DNA from: an uncultured Pseudomonadales bacterium
GTDB taxonomy: Bacteria; Patescibacteriota; Microgenomatia; UBA1400
Assembly (NCBI GenBank): GCA_964589815.1
Contig: CAZPUR010000002.1
Coordinates: 19,466 to 83,465 of the forward strand
Direction: 5' to 3'
DNA: 64,000 nucleotides
Part shown: one piece after another, positions 45,408 to 54,212 of the stretch
How positions within the stretch are numbered: the stretch's first letter is position 1
Layout of the letters: each line of letters starts with the position of its first letter
Program-made: the position numbers and the translations under genes
The notes under the pieces: generated by a model
Told to the model about the DNA's origin: nothing
The model's input: only the letters and a program-made list of their open reading frames with translations
Database searches by the model: none

Positions 45408-47390
45408 ATGAAGAAAAATTGTTTCATTGTTTCATTGTTTCATTGTTTTCTCCTGTTTACTGTTTACTGTTTATGCCGGCGTTACGCCGTGCATCCCGTG
45501 CAGGCATTTGCCTCGCCGGGACTGTTTACTTCTTTCGCGTTCGCGAAAGATTACTCTTTTACCCAAGTCAACTTTTCCGTTCAAATTTATAGTGATGGTT
45601 CTTTTGAGGTTGAAGAGCAAAGAACTTATGATTTTGACGGTTCTTTTACTTGGGCTGACCGAACCATCCCCTTAAGAGATGATGAAATTGTTAATTTTCA
45701 GATAGAAGATGAGCACGGATTATACCTCCAAAATGACACGGAAGAACCTGGCACTTATCAGGTTTCTGTTGATAATAATCAACTTTATGCCAAATGGTTT
45801 TATTCTGCCTATAACCAACAAAAAACTTTCACCATTACCTATTTGGTTAAAGACGGGATTGACTTGCATCAGGATATTGCCGAGTTTTACTGGCAGTTAA
45901 TTGGCGATGAATGGGATAAAGGCGTCGGCCAAGTGACCGGAGTGATTAATCTGCCCGGTTCGGTAAAAGAGAATCAAATTTATTGTTTTGGCCACGGACC
46001 TTTAAATGGTAAAGTAGAAATTCCTAATGAATCGAGTTGTCAATTCAGCGCCAGCAACTTACCCAAAAACCAGTTTTTAGAAATCAGATTTTTATTTGAT
46101 AAGAATTTAATTACTAACTACTCCCTACGCAATACTAACTACTCGCTAGATGATATTTTGGCTGAAGAAAAAACATTTGCTCAACAAGCCGAGAGACAAA
46201 AAACTACGGCCCGCATCCTTACCATTGTTTTTGGTTTAATACCCCTGTTTAGTTTTGGTTTATTTAGTAAAGGTGTTTTCGCCTATTTTCGCGATTGGTG
46301 GCAGTATGGCAGGGATGAACCTTTGCCCCAAGTTAATTTAGCAGACAAATTGCATGAGCCACCCTCTGATCTTCCGCCGGCCATGGTAGATTCTCTTTTA
46401 AAAATGTCCAAAAATTTATCTCCTAAGGTTTTTTTAGCCACCATTCTTTCTTTGGTTTTAAAAAGATTAATCAAGATTAAATCCACTAAAAAAGTCAATA
46501 CTGGTCTTTTAGGCCAGACCACCTCTTACGATTATAGTTTAGTTAAAGAAAAACAAGGCGTCAGATTATTAGACTTCGAGGGGAGAATTTTCAGCTTTTT
46601 ATTTAATAAAGTAGCCCAGGGAAAAAGTGAAATTAGTTTTGATGAGATTAAAAAATATGCTCGTTCTCACAAAACCAGTGCCTACAATTTTTTCCAAGAC
46701 TTTCAAAAAAAGGTTTTCCAGCAAATCCTGGACCAAGGTTATTTAGAAAAACACAGTCATGAAAATGTGGCCACTTTAAAACGCAAAAACATCTGGTTAG
46801 GATTTGGTTTAATCGTGGTTAGTTTTATTATTAACTTTCCTTTAATGGTTGCTTTTCCTCAGGCGATAATTGGTTTTTTTAGTGCCATTTTCTTTTTCTT
46901 TTTCGCGACTTTCGTGTTAATAGTTTTAGTTATTTTTGCCTCTTTTGGCGAAAAAAGGTCAGCTAAAGGCAGAAAAGAAGCGGCTGGCTGGCTGGCTTTT
47001 AAAAATTGGTTAAAGGATTATTCAGTCACCAAGCATTATCCGGTTGACTCCCTTATTTTATGGGAAAAATATTTAGTTTACGGCACGGTTTTGGGTATTT
47101 CGGAAAAAGCCTTGGCCAGTTTACCGGTGAGCTTTAGTCAGGCTGATCAACAAATGGCCTTAGGTTATTATGGCGGTATTAGCTCTGGAACAGGGGCAGA
47201 CTTAGGTACCAGTATGGCTTCATTTTCTCAGGCAGTCAGTGGCATTTCTCAAGCAGTTTCTAGCCTAAGTAGTACTTTTTCTTCTTCTTATGGTGCTTCC
47301 GGAATTGGTTCTTCCGGTGGTTTTTCCGGCGGCGGCGGGGGAGGGGGAGGCGGAGGCGGAGGTGGAGGGGGAGGCGGAGGCGCCGGATGA
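45408..47390 (+). CDS. DUF2207-like membrane protein with poly-glycine C-terminal tail
   Basis: N-terminal domain YSDGSFEVEEQRTYDFDGSF, central TM cluster, C-terminus GGFSGGGGGGGGGGGGGGGGGGAG; N-terminal signal region built from ATTGTTTC words (45418-45449); start uncertain. Confidence 0.7.
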   Translation: MKKNCFIVSLFHCFLLFTVYCLCRRYAVHPVQAFASPGLFTSFAFAKDYSFTQVNFSVQIYSDGSFEVEEQRTYDFDGSFTWADRTIPLRDDEIVNFQIEDEHGLYLQNDTEEPGTYQVSVDNNQLYAKWFYSAYNQQKTFTITYLVKDGIDLHQDIAEFYWQLIGDEWDKGVGQVTGVINLPGSVKENQIYCFGHGPLNGKVEIPNESSCQFSASNLPKNQFLEIRFLFDKNLITNYSLRNTNYSLDDILAEEKTFAQQAERQKTTARILTIVFGLIPLFSFGLFSKGVFAYFRDWWQYGRDEPLPQVNLADKLHEPPSDLPPAMVDSLLKMSKNLSPKVFLATILSLVLKRLIKIKSTKKVNTGLLGQTTSYDYSLVKEKQGVRLLDFEGRIFSFLFNKVAQGKSEISFDEIKKYARSHKTSAYNFFQDFQKKVFQQILDQGYLEKHSHENVATLKRKNIWLGFGLIVVSFIINFPLMVAFPQAIIGFFSAIFFFFFATFVLIVLVIFASFGEKRSAKGRKEAAGWLAFKNWLKDYSVTKHYPVDSLILWEKYLVYGTVLGISEKALASLPVSFSQADQQMALGYYGGISSGTGADLGTSMASFSQAVSGISQAVSSLSSTFSSSYGASGIGSSGGFSGGGGGGGGGGGGGGGGGGAG

Positions 47391-47396
47391 AGGAAC

Positions 47397-47421
47397 GTCG
47401 TCCTGAACTTGTTTCAGGATC
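47397..47421. repeat. 25-nt hairpin element GTCGTCCTGAACTTGTTTCAGGATC
   Basis: Directly after the DUF2207 stop; near-identical to 38702-38726. Confidence 0.9.
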
Positions 47422-47430
47422 AAATTAAGA

Positions 47431-48315
47431 ATGAAAAAGCGTTATTTACTTTTATTTATTTTTATAATTTTTGTTGGCCTGGCAATTTTTAGATTTATTG
47501 AAGTAGTTAAACCTTTTCAGGGATTACGATCTTCTTATCTTTCTCCTCAATCCAAAGGCCAACTTGATGAACTTAATGAACTTGATAAACCAGTTTTGTC
47601 TTTTTGTGTTGTTGGTGATCCGGAATCAGACTTGGAAAATCTTAGAAAATCTTTGCTCAAAAACCAAGAACAAGGTTGTGAATTTACGGTTATCGTGGGT
47701 GATCTGACTCAAACCGGTACGCCCAAAGAATTTGAAAAAATAAAAAAGACCTTAGATCAGGAAGAGATCAGATATTATCTTATTCCCGGTAACCATGATT
47801 TGTGGTATGAGCACAAAGAAAAAATAGATATTTGGTCAGACTATTTTGGTCAGCGCTATTATGCCCGGGAAATTAAAAACTTTACCTTTATTTTTTTGGA
47901 CAATGCTGATGAATGGCTAGGTTTTGACCAAACCCAGCTTAATTGGTTAAGTCATTTCTTGTTTGACTCAGAAGATTTTCAAAAAGGGAAATTAGACCAT
48001 CAATACTTGGTTTTTGCTCATATTCCTTTTTGGCATCCGGAAAGCGAGAAAGCCATGGGTGAGTATAGTCAGGCCATGAAAAATCAGGCTTATGACTTAC
48101 TCCAGGAGTTTTGCTCCCACCCGCCCCTGGCTATTTTTTCCGGCCATTTACACAAAGCCCAGGAATATAATTATGGTTGTAGCAATGGTAACCAGATTAG
48201 GATGATTAATGCTGGCTCTGTTAATGAAACCCGCAACTGGCAATTGCCCCGGTTTTTAAAGGCGGACATATTAAAAGATGGACAATCAGAAATAAAAGAA
48301 ATAGAACTAGACTGA
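47431..48315 (+). CDS. Calcineurin-like metallophosphoesterase
   Basis: VVGDPE, VIVGDLTQTG, IPGNHD, FAHIP, GHLH motifs. Confidence 0.8.
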   Translation: MKKRYLLLFIFIIFVGLAIFRFIEVVKPFQGLRSSYLSPQSKGQLDELNELDKPVLSFCVVGDPESDLENLRKSLLKNQEQGCEFTVIVGDLTQTGTPKEFEKIKKTLDQEEIRYYLIPGNHDLWYEHKEKIDIWSDYFGQRYYAREIKNFTFIFLDNADEWLGFDQTQLNWLSHFLFDSEDFQKGKLDHQYLVFAHIPFWHPESEKAMGEYSQAMKNQAYDLLQEFCSHPPLAIFSGHLHKAQEYNYGCSNGNQIRMINAGSVNETRNWQLPRFLKADILKDGQSEIKEIELD

Positions 48316-48347
48316 AAAATATTGATCTCTGTGATATATTATAGGAC

Positions 48348-48539
48348 ATGGAAATAAAGTTAGAGAAACCTCCACTTACTCCGGCGGGCAAAAGAGCTTT
48401 AGAAGCCGCCTTAGTTTTTATCCAAGAAGGCGATAACCCCTTTGTTTTTTTAGAAAAAAGCGGAGTTCCCCAACTTGCCGATCATTTAAGAGAGTTGGGC
48501 CAGGCATATCCGGAAATAGTTTCTGAATTAGTGAGTTAA
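48348..48539 (+). CDS. Orphan small protein (63 aa), leaderless-type
   Basis: TGaTATATT (48332-48340) ends 7 nt before ATG. Confidence 0.5.
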   Translation: MEIKLEKPPLTPAGKRALEAALVFIQEGDNPFVFLEKSGVPQLADHLRELGQAYPEIVSELVS

Positions 48540-48551
48540 AAGGAGAGTTCT

Positions 48552-48782
48552 ATGATTTTACCCGTTTCAGAACCTACACCAGAACAAATAATTCATCAAG
48601 ATGAAAAAGATTTTTGTGTTTTTGGTAGCGCAGGTCAAAATACTTTGGCCGTCTTTTGTAATAGATGTGGCCAATCAGAATTGTTTGAAATTCACCCTGG
48701 ATTTATAGAGGCAGAGATAGGTGTAGCCAATGTTTTGGCAGAAGTAGCTCATACCCACGCCTGTCCTGATTTATTTAAGTAA
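48552..48782 (+). CDS. Orphan small Cys/His protein (76 aa)
   Basis: AAGGAGAG SD; CNRC ... HTHAC possible metal site. Confidence 0.5.
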   Translation: MILPVSEPTPEQIIHQDEKDFCVFGSAGQNTLAVFCNRCGQSELFEIHPGFIEAEIGVANVLAEVAHTHACPDLFK

Positions 48783-48783
48783 A

Positions 48784-48981
48784 ATGGAACAAAATCTCAA
48801 ACCAGCGCCATTCATCCCAGAAGAACTACAAATAGATGGTAATGGAAAAGCTTTTGTGGGAATGTCTGAAGGTTCTGCGCAAATGGCTCTTTCAGCAGAA
48901 GAAACTTTGATTTCTTCGGATGATATTTTAAATGCCAATTTTGGTTTCCTGTTTCCTTTGCCTTGGTGGCAAGAGGCTTAA
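48784..48981 (+). CDS. Orphan small protein (65 aa); 54-nt convergent overlap with 48928-50310
   Basis: Start 2 nt after the previous stop. Confidence 0.4.
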   Translation: MEQNLKPAPFIPEELQIDGNGKAFVGMSEGSAQMALSAEETLISSDDILNANFGFLFPLPWWQEA

Positions 48982-50310
48982 AGCCAACACTGTACTTAGC
49001 ACCAACATCCCTTGTTGAATTGTTAACCAATAATGATCGAAACTTCCAAGCAAGAGAATAACAATAGTAAGTAGCCAGTAGTAAGTAGGGTGTAGGGGTT
49101 TTTCAGCCCTACGCAGTACGCAATACTCCCTACTCACTAATTTTAATATTAACCAGCCAAATCCCATTAAACCCACAATTCCCATTTCACTTAAGACTAA
49201 CAAAAAAATATTATGCACTGGCTGTAAAAATCTATAATTAGCCACCACTTGACCAAACTCTTCCATTCTGGGAACAAAATTATTTAATCCTACCCCAAAA
49301 ATAGGGGAGGATTGCCACATTTTCCAGGCAATTTTATTCAGTTCCATTCTCCGACTGAACGAACTTGCCTCCATTTTTCCTATTCCTCCTAAACCCCATA
49401 TAACCCCTAAAAGAATAATAGCCAGTAGTAAGTAGCCAGTAGTAAGTACCCAGTAGTAAGTAGGGCGTAGGGACTTATTTTTTCTACGCAGTACGCTACG
49501 TAATACGCAATACTTCCTACTTCCTACGTAATACGCCATACCCCCTATAAAACCTATCCATGCCGGAAAACTAAAGGTTAAGCCCAGAGTTGCCATTCCC
49601 AAAATTAAAGCAGAAATTACTACAATTGACCTGCGATCGCCATTGAATTGTAGTAATATTAAGAGGAGGCTGATGACTAAAAAACCGGCCAAAACATTGG
49701 AGTGAGGAAAGGTTCCCATAGGCAAGACCTTAATTTGGCCCAATAAACTGATTTTTTTAATGGCTAAAGTGCTGGTATTAAAGGGTTGTTCGCCCAGAAA
49801 CCAGTAGCCAAAAATCGAGCCTTGCTTTAACCATTGACCAATAGCCAAAACCGATTGCCAAATGACTGAAAGACTTAAAACCTTAATAAAAGTTTTATTT
49901 TTTCCCGCAGAGCGGGATCGTCCTTTGGACGAAATATAGTATATCAAAAGCCCGAATTCCAAAACCTTTATCCATTTATAAACTGCTACTGGCCGATTTT
50001 TAGCCAGCAAAATATTTAGTAGCAAGCAGGTAATAGTAAGTAGCCAGTAGAGTGTAGGGCGTAGGGATTTTTTCTTCCTATGCATTACGCTATGCAATAC
50101 GTAATACTCCCTATTTACTAATTTTTCCAGTAGCCACAGGCCCAACAAAGTTAAAATAAGTAGGTCGGTCAAGTAGATGGTAGGAATGAGGTAGTCTATA
50201 AGAATTCCATGCACATAGCTCCAATCTTGAGGCCAGTGTTTGGCTAAATTAGAGGGAATTAAAAAAACCAGAAGATAAAAAATAATTTGTTGAAGTTTTT
50301 TTAAGCCCAT
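48928..50310 (-). CDS. O-antigen ligase/polymerase (Wzy_C)-like membrane protein carrying three in-frame repeat insertions
   Basis: Polytopic; IFGVGLNNF motif; three paralogous segments REY[YC]VL...K(K)SLRPT[LY]YW[LV]LT. Confidence 0.7.
   Translation of the reverse strand: MGLKKLQQIIFYLLVFLIPSNLAKHWPQDWSYVHGILIDYLIPTIYLTDLLILTLLGLWLLEKLVNREYYVLHSVMHRKKKSLRPTLYWLLTITCLLLNILLAKNRPVAVYKWIKVLEFGLLIYYISSKGRSRSAGKNKTFIKVLSLSVIWQSVLAIGQWLKQGSIFGYWFLGEQPFNTSTLAIKKISLLGQIKVLPMGTFPHSNVLAGFLVISLLLILLQFNGDRRSIVVISALILGMATLGLTFSFPAWIGFIGGMAYYVGSRKYCVLRSVLRRKNKSLRPTYYWVLTTGYLLLAIILLGVIWGLGGIGKMEASSFSRRMELNKIAWKMWQSSPIFGVGLNNFVPRMEEFGQVVANYRFLQPVHNIFLLVLSEMGIVGLMGFGWLILKLVSREYCVLRRAEKPLHPTYYWLLTIVILLLGSFDHYWLTIQQGMLVLSTVLALSLLPPRQRKQETKIGI
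49063..49137. repeat. Palindromic AGTAAGTAG / CCCTACGC / TACTCCCTAC element, copy 1 inside the Wzy-like gene
   Basis: AGTAAGTAGGGTGTAGGGGTTTTTCAGCCCTACGCAGTACGCAATACTCCCTACT. Confidence 0.8.
49421..49540. repeat. Same element, copy 2 (longest)
   Basis: GCCAGTAGTAAGTAG... GTAGGGCGTAGGGACTTATTTTTTCTACGCAGTACGCTACGTAATACGCAATAC... Confidence 0.8.
50031..50120. repeat. Same element, copy 3
   Basis: TAATAGTAAGTAGCCAGTAGAGTGTAGGGCGTAGGGATTTTTTCTTCCTATGCATTACGC...TACTCCCTAT. Confidence 0.8.
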
Positions 50311-50381
50311 CTTTTATATCTTAACATATTTAAGCCTTATAAAAATTTGCAGAAATTACTTTTTTATGATATATACAAAAT

Positions 50382-50642
50382 ATGGCAGGAGAACCAGAAT
50401 CACCAATTTCTTTTCTCAGAAATGACTCAGAAAATGAAACCGGTAAAGGACCGGCTAAGTCTTATTTAGTTTTACCTCTTCAGGAAAAACCAAGCCCTGA
50501 CATCCCTACTGCTTTTGCAGAGTTAGGCGGAACTTTGGAGCCGGAAAACAAAGGTGTTTCCCGTATTGGTCCTGTGGCTTCAAATAGTAGTAGCGCCCAG
50601 ATTTTACAATGGGGTAGAGAAAATAGTAATCAGAGGGGTTAA
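50382..50642 (+). CDS. Orphan small protein (86 aa), leaderless-type
   Basis: TGaTATATA (50367-50375) ends 6 nt before ATG. Confidence 0.45.
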   Translation: MAGEPESPISFLRNDSENETGKGPAKSYLVLPLQEKPSPDIPTAFAELGGTLEPENKGVSRIGPVASNSSSAQILQWGRENSNQRG

Positions 50643-50648
50643 ATTCCG

Positions 50649-50909
50649 ATGCCCAAAACTATCCAACCAGAAATTACAGGGCTTGTAGTTGAAGGCCCAC
50701 CACTTCATCCCCGGAGAGGAAGAGAATTGTCAGACACAAGAGTATTTCCTGTTTTAATGGATCAACGAAGAGTAAATTGGCCAAACCAAGGAGCAATGGT
50801 AGAATTAGTTCATCAAGTTTTAGATGAAGGCTTGGATTATAGCGATCCGGAAGCAGTCACAGCCGCCATTGAACGAGTCAGAGCCAAACCTCATCTGCCT
50901 GGTTTATAA
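50649..50909 (+). CDS. Orphan small protein (86 aa)
   Basis: GAGGGG SD inside the end of the previous ORF. Confidence 0.45.
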   Translation: MPKTIQPEITGLVVEGPPLHPRRGRELSDTRVFPVLMDQRRVNWPNQGAMVELVHQVLDEGLDYSDPEAVTAAIERVRAKPHLPGL

Positions 50910-50918
50910 AAGAATAAT

Positions 50919-51140
50919 ATGGCTAATCCAAAATCCATGAGAGAAATTGTTCAAGATTTAACTCCAGCAGAAGTTGCTGGTCTTCAGGGAGAAAATCCTC
51001 CAATAAGGATAATGCCTGAAAGAGTAGAGAATCGTTCTTATGTTTTAGGCGTTGATGTCCAAAGAGCAAGAGAAGTCTTGCAAGAACCAGTCATCGCTGA
51101 AGCAGTAAAACTAGGCGCCGTGATAACAAAGATCGGCTAA
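50919..51140 (+). CDS. Orphan small protein (73 aa)
   Basis: ORF in operon context. Confidence 0.4.
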   Translation: MANPKSMREIVQDLTPAEVAGLQGENPPIRIMPERVENRSYVLGVDVQRAREVLQEPVIAEAVKLGAVITKIG

Positions 51141-51216
51141 AAGAACTATAGGATTGTTTTTAGTATAAACTTCTGATATAATACCACTTTATTCTTGTTA
51201 ATTTTAATCAAATTTT

Positions 51217-51315
51217 ATGGGATTTAAAAATTGCTTGGAACGAACTCTTCAGACTATAGCCGGAGCGGACGCACCTCGAGGCGTAGGCGAACTTTTGTCA
51301 GCCCGCATTGAGTAA
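51217..51315 (+). CDS. Orphan mini-protein (32 aa)
   Basis: TGaTATAAT promoter at 51174-51182; stop TAA abuts ATG of next gene. Confidence 0.3.
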   Translation: MGFKNCLERTLQTIAGADAPRGVGELLSARIE

Positions 51316-51657
51316 ATGGCCGATGCTCATCATGATCCTGATGATAAAGGTATTTTTCTTATGGGGCATGATCAAACTTTAGCAGCCTTAACAGAAGAAG
51401 GTTTTCTTGAGAAAACAAAACATGTTGTAATTCAACCAGGTTCAGATCCAAAAGAAACATTATCATTTATGGAAGAAGTTTTAAGATTACACAAACCTGA
51501 TTCGATCTTTTTCCGCATACCTACAAGTCCTGAGACTTGTCATAGCTTTGCTGCCTTAAATGAAAGAGCTATAGCTGGAGCCATAAATGCTATTTCTGCA
51601 GTAGGCGGAGAGCTGGTTTTGATAGATTTTGCCCCAGACGAATTTTCTATTTATTAA
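51316..51657 (+). CDS. Orphan protein (113 aa)
   Basis: ORF only. Confidence 0.45.
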   Translation: MADAHHDPDDKGIFLMGHDQTLAALTEEGFLEKTKHVVIQPGSDPKETLSFMEEVLRLHKPDSIFFRIPTSPETCHSFAALNERAIAGAINAISAVGGELVLIDFAPDEFSIY

Positions 51658-51798
51658 TTTTTTTATAAATTCTATTTAGGGAAAGAGATTTATGTTTGAT
51701 GAAAAAAGATATGAAAGCATTCTATGAGAGAAGAGAAAGGTCTATTGCTGTTTTTCAAGAATCAGGAAGCGAAGAATTCTAGGCTCTAAATTCTTATT

Positions 51799-52011
51799 AT
51801 GCCTACTTACAGAGGAGAATTAATTACCCAGCCAGAAGCCATGGCAAAACTGGAACAGCTCCAGCGTTTGGAAGAATTGCAGGGTGATGAGATTGCCTGG
51901 CAATTAAACCCAGAGGAATTGGATTGTTTGAGATTTGGCGATAGGCCTGCTGATTGGCTAGGCGAGGAAGCGGAGTATGTATCAGGTATTTTAAAAGAAT
52001 TCGGCTTCTAA
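51799..52011 (+). CDS. Orphan small acidic protein (70 aa)
   Basis: ORF only. Confidence 0.4.
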   Translation: MPTYRGELITQPEAMAKLEQLQRLEELQGDEIAWQLNPEELDCLRFGDRPADWLGEEAEYVSGILKEFGF

Positions 52012-52035
52012 ATAACTTTTAACTTTGCACTTTTT

Positions 52036-52064
52036 CGTCCAGAGGACAACCATCCTCTGGATGG
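52036..52064. terminator. Hairpin element between convergent genes (possible bidirectional terminator)
   Basis: CGTCCAGAGGACAACCATCCTCTGGATGG, stem TCCAGAGGA/TCCTCTGGA; related to 24215-24242; T-run follows. Confidence 0.5.
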
Positions 52065-52078
52065 AACTTTAATCTTTT

Positions 52079-53311
52079 TTAGTATCCTGGCCCTACAATC
52101 ACCCAAGAAGCCATATCCGGCCTAAAGATATTTTGGCAAAGCTCATTAATTTCTTCCAAACTAATATTTTTTATTGCTTCCATCACATCTTCCGGAGTTT
52201 GTTCTTTTAAATTAAAAAAGTAACCCAGAATATAAAACAAACCCAGTTGCAAAGCCTGGTCTAATTTTGCCAATAAACTATTCTGATAAAAAATTTTGGC
52301 CTTATCCAATTCTTCTTGGGTAATGGTTCCTGAGGCCAATTGGCCAAATTGATTTAGGACTTCTTCCTTAACCTCATTTTCTTTAGTTGAAAGGCAGCTG
52401 GCTTGGAGTAAAAACAGACCGGCCTCAGCCGTCATTCTGACCCAGGGCCTGATGCTGGTGACCAGTCTTTTATCCTGCAAGGTTTTTAATCTCTGGTTAT
52501 TTCTGCCTCCAGATAAAATATTAATCAAAAGGCTTTGGACTACTCTTTTGTCCGAGCTGCGGCCATAGCAGGGAAAACCAAAAGTTAAAATCGAAGCTTT
52601 ACCCATTTGGCTTAATTTATCCTGAGTTACTTTGGTTTGGGAAAAATTAAAGGGAGTGGGGTTTTGTCTTTCTCCCGGAGGAATAACCTCGACCTCATTT
52701 TGCAAATTTTCCCAAGCCAAATCCTCGTCAGGTCCAATAACGAGCAAAAGGCAGTTTTTGGAAACATAATATTGGTCTTTAAACTTGGTTAAAAGTTCAG
52801 GAGTGATATTTTTAACTGCCTCTCCTGAGCCTAATATATCAAAACCTATAGAATTATAATTAAATATATCATTAGTAAGTTTATTTAAGCTTAAAAACTG
52901 AGGCTGTCTGGAAGAAAGCTCGATTTCTGTTAAGGTTAAATTTTTTTCATTTTCCAGGCCTTTTTGGGTTAAGGCCGGCGTGAAAATAATGTTCATAAAA
53001 ATTTTCATTGCCTGTGAAAAATAATCTTTAAGGCATGAAAAGTAAAAAAGGCTGTATTCTGGATTAACCGTCGGTACAAAACTCAGACCCAGATTGTCTA
53101 AAGCTTCAGCCAATTGTTTTTTGCTGGGGTAGTCCTGGTTGCCCTGAAGACAAATATTGGCATAAAACCGGGAAAGACCATGAGTTTCTTGAGTTTCAAA
53201 CCTGGAGCCGACGCCGACCAGTAAAATAGCCGTTAAAACTCTGGCGCCGGGATATTGAAGATAAACTGAGGCTAGACCATTGGGAAAAACATGAGTTTTA
53301 ATATTTTCCAT
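52079..53311 (-). CDS. M16 (pitrilysin) family protein lacking the HxxEH zinc motif (non-catalytic subunit type)
   Basis: M16 fold pattern; GLSRFYANICLQG where HxxEH is expected. Confidence 0.7.
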   Translation of the reverse strand: MENIKTHVFPNGLASVYLQYPGARVLTAILLVGVGSRFETQETHGLSRFYANICLQGNQDYPSKKQLAEALDNLGLSFVPTVNPEYSLFYFSCLKDYFSQAMKIFMNIIFTPALTQKGLENEKNLTLTEIELSSRQPQFLSLNKLTNDIFNYNSIGFDILGSGEAVKNITPELLTKFKDQYYVSKNCLLLVIGPDEDLAWENLQNEVEVIPPGERQNPTPFNFSQTKVTQDKLSQMGKASILTFGFPCYGRSSDKRVVQSLLINILSGGRNNQRLKTLQDKRLVTSIRPWVRMTAEAGLFLLQASCLSTKENEVKEEVLNQFGQLASGTITQEELDKAKIFYQNSLLAKLDQALQLGLFYILGYFFNLKEQTPEDVMEAIKNISLEEINELCQNIFRPDMASWVIVGPGY

Positions 53312-53369
53312 TAAGAGCTAGTATATAATATTTTTCCTTATTTTTCCACAGAAGCCTTATCAGAGGATT

Positions 53370-53693
53370 TTAAGCAGGTATAACCGCGACTGTTTCCAGA
53401 GATTTAATCCTTTGTTGGTGATAAAAGAGTTTATCTTCGTTTTTTTCAATTCTTCTTTCATGATTATCAACAATGCTATTGGTTTCCTTTAGGGTTTTTT
53501 CTATCCTATCCAAGATGGGGATGATAGCGGTTTGGACAAAACTGACCGTTTCGCTAATAATTTCCTTTTTTTGCTTAGTTAAAGCTTTATCCAGGGTTGA
53601 GTTTAGTTTTTTGTCCCATTTCTGGTCCTGTTTACTTAAAGCTTTATTCAAGGCTTTATTCAAATCAGTTTTAGTTACCGGTTCACTAGTCAT
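53370..53693 (-). CDS. Lys/Glu-rich coiled-coil protein (107 aa), leaderless-type
   Basis: On the minus strand TTGACA-16-TAATAC ends 7 nt before ATG 53693; track start 53714 would lie inside the promoter. Confidence 0.5.
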   Translation of the reverse strand: MTSEPVTKTDLNKALNKALSKQDQKWDKKLNSTLDKALTKQKKEIISETVSFVQTAIIPILDRIEKTLKETNSIVDNHERRIEKNEDKLFYHQQRIKSLETVAVIPA

Positions 53694-53721
53694 GTTTTTA
53701 GTATTACAGTTCATTTTTTAG

Positions 53722-53742
53722 TTGTCAAGCTGAGCTTGACAA
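53722..53742. promoter_or_regulatory. Palindrome providing back-to-back divergent -35 boxes
   Basis: TTGTCAAGCTGAGCTTGACAA; the plus-strand TTGACA (53736-53741) is followed by 18 nt and TATAAA (53760-53765). Confidence 0.45.
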
Positions 53743-53853
53743 AATCCTCCTTTTCATAGTATAAAACTATAAGTTTATAAACTCCCAAGGTGGGAGTTTA
53801 TATTTATGAGCCTAAAGGTGATTTGACATACACATTTGTGATATAATTCCCTT

Positions 53854-54005
53854 TAAGTCCGGTTGATATAACGCTAGCTATTGAAAAACTGCCCAATATG
53901 GTTAGTTTTTTATTAACTTACCTTTGAAGTAAGGAAAAATGCCTAGCCAAAAACCGATCAGATTTTTGAAGTTCAAAAGCCATGCAAATGCGCATGGCTT
54001 TTGTT
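53854..54005 (+). ncRNA. Candidate small transcript (about 150 nt) between an extended -10 promoter and an intrinsic terminator; function unknown
   Basis: TGaTATAAT at 53839-53847; terminator at 53975-54005; contains a 24-codon ORF (53939-54013, MPSQKPIRFLKFKSHANAHGFCWL) that runs through the terminator. Confidence 0.3.
53975..54005 (+). terminator. Intrinsic terminator
   Basis: AAAA-GCCATGC (53979-53985)-AAATGC-GCATGGC (53992-53998)-TTTTGTT. Confidence 0.65.
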
Positions 54006-54212
54006 GGTTATAGGGTTTAGTTTTTTTATTGTTTTTTTGAAACAATAAACAAAGTGAACCTTATTACAAAAAGGAACACTTTATTCTTTGGCAGACTTAA
54101 GTGAGCTTAAAAGCTAGTTCACCCTGAGCCTGTCGAAGGGCTCTTTGACATCGCAAACAAAAGATTTATTTTTCCGAGCCGGAACTTAGGGAGTTAGAAA
54201 AGCGCCTAAAAA

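Noticed and set aside
45329-45900. ORFs 45329-45592, 45427-45675 and 45709-45900 overlapping the DUF2207 gene start
   Set aside because: These are alternative frames through word-repeat DNA. The long frame (45408-47390) carries the recognisable domain.
50382-51657. Stop-codon recoding or read-through: 50382/50649/50919 are in one frame separated by single TAA codons, as are 51217/51316, 48348/48552 and 44941/45091
   Set aside because: Backbone genes also terminate with TAA, TAG and TGA, so the standard code applies. SD-like sequences or promoters precede the restarts. The chance of same-frame neighbours is 1/3 each. TAA reassignment is not known in bacteria.
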